Origin: Lama glama
Lineage: Eukaryota
NCBI GenBank assembly: GCA_028534125.1
Contig: CM052817.1
Coordinates: forward strand, 23,748,001-23,812,000
Reading direction: 5' to 3'
Length of the DNA stretch: 64,000 nucleotides
The translations under genes and the position numbers were made by a program. Shown here piece after piece: positions 25,907 through 36,859 of the stretch. The notes beneath the pieces were generated by a model that saw only the letters and a program-made list of their open reading frames with translations, was not told the origin of the DNA and did no database searches. Every line of letters begins with the position of its first letter. Position 1 is the first letter of the stretch.

Positions 25907-26829
25907 AAGAAATATTAGGATTAATACAGGTTTACTCAAGCATATGAGTTACTTCCAATAGTTTCCAAACCATTTGCAATATAAAAATATAAATATAAAA
26001 AACCTTTCATTGGGGTAACCATTTGTAGAAAGTGTGTGGAAGGGTAAACAGTTGCACTGGAGCTAGGGCACATTTGCAGGGTTTGACGTGTGTTGTAGTC
26101 AGCACTTACAGGAACGAGGGCCATGGATACTCCCCCGTGAGAGCTATGAGGACCCTGAAAATCCAACATTTAGAATGAAGTTTAAGTGGACTGTTGAAGA
26201 AAGCATTGTCTTATGTTGCTGGGATTTGATAAATAAAAAGAATTCAGCAGAAATGAGCTGAAGGTCCATGATTTTGGTGATGGTTGATAACTTTGAGTGT
26301 TGCAACCAGTCCTCTCTATTTTTGGAATGGAAATTTTCATGTTTTTGGAGTGGGAAATCACTCCTTAGCCTCTAAAGGCAATGATGACATGATAGTGTGT
26401 GTTTGTGAAGAAGAGAGTTTCAGCCACTAAGGTGATTGCTCATCACAGTGCATGGAAGATGGCATCAAAAGAGGAATGTTAACTTGTTTAATTATTCTTT
26501 CTTTGTTCAGGTGGGTCCCCAGTTAGATCTTGTATGACTATTAGGAAAGGGTGTCTAGGACATTTTCTGTCAGTGGAGAGATTAACAGTAAAAAGTCTTC
26601 CTTTATCATTGTAATCTCTAATCCTTGCTTACAAGTTGAAGCAAAGAGACTCTTCTGTGAGAGCAAGCACCAGAGGAGATATTGTGGCTGGTAGAAAACT
26701 GATAGACTTCCTGCAGTGTCTGCACTCATGTTACATGCAGTAGGTGTATGGAGCTCTTAGCTGTCCAGATGGCATCTTCTTATAGGGGAATGTGATTCTG
26801 GACTGTGAGCCTTGAAGATTACAATTATA

Positions 26830-27628
26830 TGGTAAATATAATGATTTTACTTATTTATATCCTCCTGTATAAGAAATGTCTCTCTTTCTCTGAAGTAATG
26901 CTTCCTGCCTTGAAGTCAGCTTTGTTTTATATTAGTATTGGGACATCACCTTATTTGGATTCGTGTCTGCAGAATATATCTTTTCTTCAACATTTACTTT
27001 CAATATCTGTCTTTATTTCTAAGGTGTGCCTCTTAGAAGCAGCATATAGGTTTTGTTGTTTTGCTTTTAACTGAAGTTTAGTTATTTTACATTTGAGGTA
27101 ATTACTGATGTATTTGGCCTTATATCTACCACCTTACTAAAGGTTTTTGGCTTGACCTGTTACGTTCATTTTTTGTTTGTCTTCTTCTTTTGGATTATTT
27201 AAATAGATTTTATTTTTACATTTGTCTTCTCTATAAACATGAGAGTCATACATTCTTTTCTTTTAGCAGGTACTCTAGAAATAACAACACATATCCTTGA
27301 CTTATTATAATTTATTACATTCACTTCTTTCCTGATAATGCTTGGACCTAAGAAGGCTCTAAGTCCACAAAACCCCTAACACCTCTTTGGAATAGTCATT
27401 ATTAATCCTACATGTATCGGCCAAGACAGTATATCATTATTATGTATAATAAATAAAGATTTATATTTATCTGCATTTTCCCCTTCTTCTGCTCTTTAGT
27501 CTTCCTGAATTTTGGCATTTGATTTGGGACCAATTTCTTTTTGCCTGAACTCTTTTTAGTATTTCTTTCAGTACAGATCTGCTGGGGAAAGCTTATATGT
27601 TTATCTGAAATAGTCTTTATTCTGCTTT
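26830..27628 (-). mobile_element. Ancient L1 (L1M/L1ME-like), left part; host of the younger L1
   Basis: Degenerate antisense endonuclease-region motifs (aaggtgtgcctcttagaagcagcatataggtttt, tttacatttgaggtaattactgat). Ends gtttatctgaaatagtctttatt. Confidence 0.7.
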
Positions 27629-27629
27629 C

Positions 27630-30600
27630 TTTCGACTGAGGTATAGGTGATGTACAGTATTATATAAGTTTCAGGTATACAACATAGTAATTCACAATTT
27701 TTTAAAGATTATATTCCACTTATAATTATTATAAGATATTGGCTATATTCCCTGTATTGTACAATATATCCTGTTGCTGATTTATTTTATACATAGTAGT
27801 TTGTACTTTTTAACCCCCAACCCTATCTTGTCTCTCACCTCCTTCCCTCACCCTACTGGTAACCACTCGTTTGTTCTCTATATCTATGAGTCTGTTTCTT
27901 TTTTGTTATATTCTTTAGTTTGTTTTATTTTCTAGATTTCAAGTATAAGTGATATCATATAGTGTTTGTCTTCCTCTGACTCATTTCATTTAGCATGATA
28001 CTCTCCAAGTTTATCCATGTTGCTGCAAATGGCAAAATTTCATTCCTTTTGATAGCTGGGTAGTATTCCATTGTGTATGAATGTGTGTGTGTGTGCTTAT
28101 ATATGTGTGTGTTCACATATGTCTATGTATATGATATAACATCTTTATTCATCTGTTGCTGGACACTTAGGTTGCAAGTTGCTTGCATTTCTTGGCTATT
28201 ATAAATAATGTTGCTATGAAAATTGGAGTGTATGTATCTTTCTTAGTAAGTGTTTTCTTTTTTCTCTTTTGAGGGGAGGGGATACATACCCAGAAGTAGA
28301 ATTGCTGGGTCACATGGTAGTTCTATTTTTAGTTTTTTGGGAAACTTCCATACTGTTTTCCACAGTGGCCGCACCAATTTACATTTTTCACCAACCATAT
28401 ACAAGGGTCCCTTTTCTCACATCTTCACTAACATTGTTATTTGTGTTCTTTTTGATAATAGGTATGAGACGATATCTCATTGTGGTTTTAATTTACATTT
28501 CTCTGATGATCAATTATGTTGAGCATTTTATCATCTGCCTGTTGGCCATCTGCATTTCCTCTTGTACATTTCTAGAAATTTGTCTACTTCTGCTAGATTG
28601 TCCATTTTATTGGCATATAGTTGTTCTTGTTAGTCTCTTATGACTCTTAGTATTTCTGTGCTGTTGGTGGTAACTTCTCCTTTATCATTTCTGATTTTAT
28701 TGATTTGGACTCGATTTTTTCTTGAGAAGTCTTAAATGTTTATCAATTTTATCTTTTCAAATAACCAGCTCTTAGTTTTATTGATCTTTACTATTGTGTC
28801 TGTGTTTTTTAGTTTTTCATTTATTTCTGCTTTGATCTTTATGATTTCTTTCCTTCTGCTAACTTTGAGTTTTGTTTGTTCTTCTTTTTCTAGGTCCTTT
28901 ATGTATAGATTTAGGTTGTTTATTTGAGGTTTTTTTGTTTGCTTCCAGATGTAAGCTTGTATTGCTATAAACTTCCCTCTTAGAACTGCTTTCTCAGCAT
29001 CCCATAGATTTTGGATCATCATGTCTTCATTTCATTTGTCTTCAGGTGTTTTTAAAATTTCCTTTCTGATTTTTTCAGTGACCCATTGGTTGTTTAGTAG
29101 CATATTGCTTAGCTTCATTGTGTTTGTGCATTTTTCAGTTTTTTTCTTGTGGTTGATTTCTGTTCTCTTAGCATTGTGATTAGAAAAGATGCTTCTTATA
29201 ATTTCAATTTTCTTAAATTTACATAAATTTGTTTTGTGGCCTAGAATGTTATCTCTACTGAAAAATGTTTCATGTGCACTTGAAGGTGTATTTTTACTGC
29301 TTTAGGATGCAATGTTCTGTATTTCTGTGTATGTATATATAGATATAGATATATAGGGATATAGATATAGATATATAGTGTTATTTATGTCAGTGTTTCC
29401 CTATTGATTTTCTATCTGAATGATCTATCCATTGATGTCTATGGGTGTTAAAAACCCCTACTATAATTGTGTTATTGTTGATTTCTCTTTTATGTCTGTT
29501 AATATTTGCTTTATGTGTTTAGGTGCTCCGATTTTGGGTACATATATATTTACAATTGTTATATCTTCTTCTTGGACAGATCCCTTGATCATTACATAAC
29601 ATCCTTCTTTGTTTCTTTACCTGTCTTTAAAGTCTGATATAAGTATTGGTACCTCAACTTTCTTTGTTTCCATTTGCATGGAATATTTTTTTCCATAGCC
29701 TCATTTTCAGTCCATGTGTGTCTTCAGATCTTAAGTGAATCCCTTGTAGGCAGCACATAGTTGGGTATTGTTTTGTATTCATTCAGCCACCCTGTCTTTT
29801 GATTGGTGCAATTAGTCCATTTACATTTAAAGTAATTATTGATATATATGTGATTATTACTCTTTTGTTGACTGTTTTTAGGTTGTTTTTGTAGGTGGTT
29901 TTTGTTCTTTTCTTCTTTTGTTCTCTTCTCTTGAAATCTGATAATTATCTTTAGTTTTATGTTTTGATTCCTTTTTCTTTTTTGTGTGTATACTGTTACA
30001 GATTTTTGGTTTGTGGTTACCATGGGGTTTATATATAGCAATCTATATATACACGATTGTCTTAAGTTGCTGATTTCTTAATTTCAAATGCTTTTTAACA
30101 GCCCTGCATGTGTACTTTCTTCCCTTCATAATGACTATTTTTGATATTATATTTTACATCTAAATGTTTTGTATATCTCTTAACTACTTACTGTGGATAT
30201 AGATGATTTTAATACCATTGTCTTTTAACCTCCCTACTAGCTTTGTAAGTGGATGTTTTCATACCTTTACCATGTGTTTGCTTTTACTGATGAGCTTTTT
30301 CCTTTTGTAATTTGCATGTTTCTCATTGTGACCTTTTTCACTTAGAGAAATTCGTTTAACATTTCTTGTAAAGCTTGTTTTGTGGTGCTGAACTCTTATA
30401 GCTTTTGCTTGTCTGTGCAGCTTTTGATCTCTCCATCAAATCTGAATGACAGCCTTATTGGATAGGGTATTCTCGGTTGTAGGTTTTCCTCTTTCTTACT
30501 TTAAATATATAATGCCACTCCCATTTGGTCTACTGAAGTTTCTGCTGAAAAGTTAGCTGACAGCCTTATGGGAGATCCCTTGTATGTTTTGTGTTGCTTT

Positions 30601-32018
30601 TCCCTTGCTGCTTTTACTATTCTTCTTTATCCTTAACTTTTGCCAATTTAATTACAATGTGTTTTGGTGTCTTCCTTTTTGGGTTAATCCTGTATGGGAC
30701 TCTCTGTGCTTCCTGAACTTGGGTATTTGTTTCCTTTCCCAGGTTAGGAAAGTTTTCAGCTATTTTGTCTTCAATTATTTTCTCAGTCCCCTTCTCTCTC
30801 TCTCTTCTCTTTCTGGGGCTCCTAAAATGTGAGTATTAGTGCACATGATATAATCCCAGAGGTCTACTAAGCTGTCCACATTTCTTTTCATTCTTTCTTC
30901 ATGTTTCTGTTCAGCATCAGTGATTTCCACTACTTTGTCTTCCAGCTTGTTGATCTGTTCCTCTGTATTATTGACTCTACTGTTGCCTCCTTCTAGTGTA
31001 TTTTTTCATTTCAGTTATTTTATTTTTCATCACTTTGGGGATTCTTTATATTTTCTAACTCTTTGTTAAAAATTTCTAACTTCTTGCTCTATGCATCCTT
31101 TCTTCTCCAGAGTTCTTTCATTATCTTTATGATCATTGCCCTGAACTCTTTTTTGGGTACTTTGCCTATCTCCACTTCACTTACTTCTTCTGGGGTTTTA
31201 ACTTGTTCTTTCTTTTGGAACATGTTCCTCTGTCACCTCATTTTGCCTAACTTGCTGTTCTTGTATTTGTTTTATTTGTGTATTTGGTGGGTTGGTTACA
31301 TTTCCCTACCTTGGAGAAGTGATGCTCTGCAGAAGAAGTCCTGTGTGTCCCAGCAGCACACTCCTCTCTCATCATCAGCTATGTACTCTAGGGATTCCCA
31401 CTGTGAAGGCTGCATGTATCTTTCTGTTGTAGTGGGCTGCCTATGCAGGCAATCTAGTAGCCTTGTTTGGCTCCTGGTCTGTTTGGTTGCCAGGTCTTGC
31501 CTTGTGCAGAGGCTGCCTACTACTGGTTGATGGAACCAGGTCATGATGTGGCTGATTGTGGAATCTCAGGGGACCCTGGAGCTAGATCTGGGTTCCTGGT
31601 GGTGGAGTCAGGGTTTAGGAGACTCTAGGGCTGCTACCTGGCCACTGGTGAGTGAAACCAGGTCCTGAGGCCACTGCCAGCCTACAGGTGGGCAAAGCTG
31701 GGTTTTGGGTTCTGGCTACAGGGCTCAGGAATCCCAGACCTGGTGCCGGATCACTGGTGGGTGGGGCTGTTTCCTGACACAGTTGGTTGTGGGGACTGGG
31801 TTGTCCTGAAGGTTGTGTTGAATGGCTAGTGGGCATGGCCAGGGCCCAGCCATTTCCAGGGCAGGATCTGACCTGCTAGTGGGTGGGCAACATCTGTAGG
31901 CTGTGCAGCTGTGGTTTTCTTGTGGCTGGTATTTACTTGCTGGTGAATAAGCCTAGGCCTGAGGCTGGAGCAGGCTCACTGGTGGCTGGGCTGGGTCTAC
32001 AGACTGTGGGGCTACGGT
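27630..32018 (-). mobile_element. L1 LINE with most of the RT region deleted, nested in an older L1
   Basis: 3'UTR from about 27630 and ORF2 end to about 28560. It jumps to QNLWDAEKAVLRGKFIAIQAY...KVSRRKEIIKIKAEINE, with the endonuclease region running to about 29850. ORF1 lies at about 30340-31250 and a GC-rich 5'UTR runs to about 32018. Confidence 0.92.
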
Positions 32019-32019
32019 T

Positions 32020-33000
32020 ACCACCTTTTTTGAAGGATGTTTTTAAGGGATATGAAATTCTAGGTGGTAGATATTTTATTCCAGTACTTAATAATTGTAC
32101 TCTATTCCCTTTTAGCTTTTGCCTTTTATGATGATAGGTCACTGTCAGTCTCTTATTGTTAATTTAATTTAGTGTTATTTGATACTCTGATTTAAGAGTT
32201 CCTTGTTAAATTTTCCATTGTTTTACTATAATGTACTTACATGAAGTTATCTTTGTATTTGCCTTGCTTAGAGTTTGGATAGCTTATTGAATCTGTTAAT
32301 TGACATCTCATATCAGTTTTCAAAAATTCTTGGTTATTATCACTTCCAGTATTGCCTCCTCCCTGTTTTCTGTCTCCTCTTCCTCTGGATATCAAATTAC
32401 ATGTATGTTAGACTTTTTCTTAATGTCCCACATGTCTCTCTTTTCTATTTCTTCCAATTGTTTTTCTTTGTGTTCAATTTGGATGTATTTTTTAAAATTT
32501 TTCTTGTGGGGAGGGGATAGCTAGCTTAGTGGTAGAGCATGTGCTTAGCATGCATGAGGTCCTGGGTTCAATCTCCAGGACCTCCATACAAATAAATAAA
32601 TAAATAAAACCTAATTACTTCCCCCCCATTTTTTTTAAAATAATCTGTTTTCCGATTCATTAATATTTTTTGATTCACATTATTTGGTTAAACCCATTTT
32701 TTTTTAATTTCAGTTATTGTACTTTTCACCTCCAGAATTTCCATTTGATTATTTAAATTTCAATCTCTGGCAGAATGATACAACTTTTTTCTATATTTTC
32801 TTTTTCCTGTATTTTGTGATAATGTTAACCGTAGCTGTCATTGTATCCCTGGTTGGTATCCTGATCATTTGTGAATCTCTGTTTTTCTTAGTATTTTTTC
32901 TTTTGGGTTTTGGTGATCGGGTCTTTCTTGTCTCTTGAATTCTTTTTCAATGCCAGACAGTGAGGAAAAAATGTTAAGGCTATAAGCAATTTTATCTCTC
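32020..33000 (-). mobile_element. Ancient L1, right part (ORF1 region)
   Basis: ttttttgaaggatgtttttaagggatatgaaattctaggtgg continues the old-L1 ORF1 antisense sequence interrupted at about 27628. Confidence 0.7.
32508..32628 (+). mobile_element. tRNA(Ala)-derived SINE (Vic-1-like)
   Basis: ggggaggggatagctagcttagtggtagagcatgtgcttagcatgcatgaggtcctgggttcaatc, then (aaat)n and a cctaattacttccccc tail. Confidence 0.9.
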
Positions 33001-33664
33001 TCCAAAAAGGACTCATCTTTTCATGTTTTAGTAGAGAAGAGGTTGATGATTTTGACCCAGTCAGGGACGGAGCTGAAGAGGCTGTGGGCAGTTTTGATGA
33101 TGATCTGTCAAGATTTCAAGTTATACCTATCCTGACCCATGGCTCTTCAAGGCTTCCACCTGAAAGCCTGTATGTTCACAAGGATCTCTCTCTAAAAAAC
33201 TCAACTCTGCTAGTAGAAACTTTCTACTGAGCTTATTAGCCTACTGCCCTTTGTGGCATCAGTATTCAGCAAGTGTTTTAAAAGGAAAACTAGCTATAGT
33301 CAGCTTTCTATTCTTCCCTTCTCCCTGGGATCTTAGTCCCTTGATGCTCTAATTTGGCTCCTTAGCTATACAAGGGTACAAAAGCTGTGCTGATTTATCT
33401 GTCTGCAAAGAGCATCTCTCAACTTGATCAAAGACCAGATTAGTATTTTTAACTTCTTGCACTGTGTTTAGATTCTCTGAATCTTGCCCCAGGAAAAAAG
33501 AACAGCTGTATAGCATCCCCTCACAGATCTAATGTTGCTACTTCCTCAAAATCTTGCCACCTTTATTTCTATTCAACAATAACCTTTGTGCAAATTTTTA
33601 ACCCATTGTTCATAGCTTTTAGGATTTTGGGACCGTTTTTCTTCAAGCTCCTTTATTATGTTGA

Positions 33665-34640
33665 CTTTATTCAATATATATTTCAGTAGTGACTATAGGC
33701 TATGGTATAGGCACTGTTCTAGATACTGGAAATCAGTGGTGAACTTAAGATTCTGCACTGGCTGAGTTATGTTCTAGTGGAAGTAATTAGGCCATTAAAA
33801 CATATACTATTAAATATGTAAATTACCAGGTGATGAGTCCTGTGATGTAAAAAGAAAGATAAAGGGGATAGAAGGTGATGATGCCATTTTATATGGGATG
33901 TTCTGAGGTCTGTCTGGTAGGAGATATGTGATGGTGCCTTAGATGTGGCATATTTGGGATGACAGATGAACACTCAAGTGGAGATGTGAACTACAGTCTG
34001 AAACTCAGTGAGTAGGTCCATACTGAAGTTAAACAGGTGGGATAGCCAGAAGACGTACTATATTTAAAGCTATGAGATTAGATGAATTCCTCTAGGACTA
34101 GACTATATAAAGATGAGTAAATCCTGTAGAGGATCTGAGAAGACTGACTAGTGAGGAAGGAGAAAAACAACAAGATAATGATGTCCTAGAGACCAATCCG
34201 AGAATGATTTCCACAAAGGAGGGGTGACCAACTATATAAAATGCTACAAATAGTGGGTGATGGGCTGATTATGATGACTGAACACTGACCATTTTATGTT
34301 GTTGTTTTGGGGGGAGGTAATTAGGTTTACTTATTTATTTATTCTTAGAGGAGGTACTGGGGATTGAACCCAGGACCTTGTGTATGCTAAGCATGTGCTC
34401 TACCACTTGAACTATACCCTCTCCCTGAAAACTGATCATTTAAATTGGCAACAAGTTTGTTCTGACCTTGCAAGGAGCAGATATTATAGAAGAGTGGGAA
34501 GCAAAATGTTGAATGAAGAGGGCTCAAAGAGAAAATGGGAAGGAAAAAATAGAAGGCAAGAAGTGAGACAAATTTTACCAAGACTTTTGTTGCAAACAGA
34601 AGTCAAATGAGGCCTTAGCTGGAGGGGAAGATGAGGTTCC
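33665..34640 (-). mobile_element. L2 relic interrupted by a SINE
   Basis: taggcactgttctagatactgg, aagtggagatgtgaa and gatgtcctagagaccaa are purine-rich antisense L2 motifs. Confidence 0.7.
34295..34425 (-). mobile_element. tRNA(Ala)-derived SINE (Vic-1-like)
   Basis: Antisense head ...ggggattgaacccaggacc...taccacttgaactataccctctccc. TSD tgaacactgaccattt / tgaaaactgatcattt at 34279-34294 and 34426-34441 (2 mismatches). Confidence 0.9.
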
Positions 34641-35181
34641 CTCCTGTGAGATATGTCACTGTTAATGTTTATGTGATCTCGGGATCATGGAGTGACATAT
34701 CCAGGTTGATTGAAATGAACTTTTGTCTCTCCTTAGTTTAGTGAATGTTCAGTTATTTAACTGAAGACCTCTCTGTATTGTTCTTGAAAGGATTAACAAG
34801 AGTCTCTATCAATCAGGTGTTGTGAAGCACCAGTATCTTCACTCTGCTGGAATAGCGGTTCTTCACGTCATAGGACTTCAATCTTTGTCATAGAACTTAA
34901 AAATCTTTTCAATCAGCACCAATTATACTTTTGCTGGACCACAATATTGAATTGTTTGTGCTATATTATTTCAGTGTTCAAGTTATTTAGGCAGTGGACT
35001 TCTAAGTAGATACACCTCAAAACCCTTTCTTATTCTCCATTTATCATTATGATAGCTATAACTCTGATGTAATATTACAAAGATATTCTGAGATATAGAG
35101 TAACAGTAGTACAGACTAATATTAGCAAATTCAAGGGGGGATTCTGCTCATCTGATATCTTTATTGACAGATTAATATAAA

Positions 35182-35572
35182 AGTGTACTAGGGCTTCTAG
35201 TAACAAAATTCCACAGGCTGGGTGGCTTAAACAATAGGAATTTTCTCACGATGCTAGAGGGTGGAAGACCAAGATCAAGATGTTGGTGGTTTGGTCTCAT
35301 TTGAGACCCCTCTCCTTGGCTTCCACATGGCCACCTTCTCGCTGTGTCCTCACATGGTCTTTCCTCTGTGTGAACACAGCCCTGGGTGTTTTTGTGTATC
35401 CGCATTTCCTCTTGTAGGAACCCCATTTAGATTTGATGAGGGCCCACTCCATTAACCTCATTTTGACATCATCACTTCTTTGAAGACTCTATCTCCAAAT
35501 ACTCCAAATTTGGAACACTAGGGGTAGGACTTAAACATATGTATTTAGGGGGAACACAATTCAGACTATGAC
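35182..35572 (-). mobile_element. MLT1-type MaLR LTR
   Basis: gtaacaaaattccacaggctgggtggcttaaacaa ... ggccaccttctcgctgtgtcctcacatgg ... ggggaacacaattcag. Confidence 0.85.
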
Positions 35573-35763
35573 CTGTGGTAATCTGTTACATAACAAACAT
35601 TTTTAAAGGAATGAGAAAAAAACTGTTAGAAGCAATCTGAAAACCAGTAGTAAAAAGTGTCAACTTAGACCAAGTGAGAACTAAAAAAAAACTAATAAAT
35701 AACATTTACTATGGGTTAGGTATGTGATATACACACACCCACACATAAATATATATACACATA

Positions 35764-36206
35764 CTGTCATCTCTTGGTATCTGCAAGAGATTGCAGGTTC
35801 CAGGAACTGCTGCAGATACCAAAATCTGAGGATGCTCAAGTCCCATAGTTGCTCTTCATATTCACGGGTTCCACACCTGCAGATTCAACCAACCACGGGT
35901 AGTGTTTTAAGTTTGTAGTCCACAGTTGGCTGAATCTGCAAATGTGAAATGTGTAGACACTGAGGGCCAGCTGAATATTTATTGAAAAAAAAATCCATGG
36001 ATAAGCAGACTTGTGCAGTTCAAACCCTTGAACAGCATTGGGGTTGGGGCACTGACCTCTGCCCAGTTGAAAATTCACATGTAACTTATAGTCGGCTCCC
36101 TCTGTGGACTCAGCCAGTGGTAGACTGTGTAGTATTGGCTGTTGAAAAAAATCTGAGTATTTGTGGAGCTTCAAAGTTCAAACCTGAGTTGTTCAAGGGT
36201 CACTTG
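35764..36206. mobile_element. Composite TcMar-Tigger MITE (MER2-like plus Tigger2/MER8-like)
   Basis: Starts with the MER2-like ggttccaggaa..gataccaaaatctgaggatgctcaagtccc. A second unit begins cccttgaacagc near 36024 and ends gttgttcaagggtcacttg+TA. Confidence 0.75.
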
Positions 36207-36859
36207 TATATTAGTCATCACAAAGTCTACAAGGTGTTATTCCCACTTCTTGGATAAGGACACTTAGATTCTGAACTTTAATCCAGTATGTCACAAAAAA
36301 GTCTTAAATCTGTACAGGTATCTGAATTATTAAAAACTTTATATTTAACATATAGCAGTCATGGCAGAGAATATAGGGATATACAACATAATTTAGAACA
36401 TTTTCAACAAAAACTTGTTAAAAATAATAACTATGGGATGTAAAGCAGATGAATTTTAGTTACCAACAGGACTCCTTTCTATGCTCTGTATTTCCAAATG
36501 ATTAGAGATAAACGTGATGATGTACACATGACAGGATATTGTTCACATGAAGCTAATTCTGTCTTTAGTCGAGTGAATAATATGAAAGTCTTGGTGTAAA
36601 TTTTGATAAGATGATGAAAGTTTTCATCATCTCCCCAGAGTGATTATCAGAAATTTGAGAAAACACACAAATATATCAATATTACAATCTGTCCAAATAA
36701 ATTTGATGCATTTTCAAAAATATTTCTTTCCCAATATAGTTTGTGTAGTTTAGGATTAAAAATTGCCCAATGAACAATGCAAATTGGCAGCTAATCTAGT
36801 TATGTAGACATATTTTTACTTCAATTACTTTTGCTTAGCTTTGAATTTTCAGCGCCACT

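Noticed and set aside
31063..31530. 155-aa hydrophobic ORF and similar Leu/Phe-rich plus-strand ORFs
   Set aside because: These are antisense readings of A-rich L1 sequence, a common artefact.
36609..36632. 11-bp inverted repeat as a terminator or miRNA hairpin
   Set aside because: Too short for a pre-miRNA, and intrinsic terminators do not apply to mammalian Pol II. Plausibly chance.
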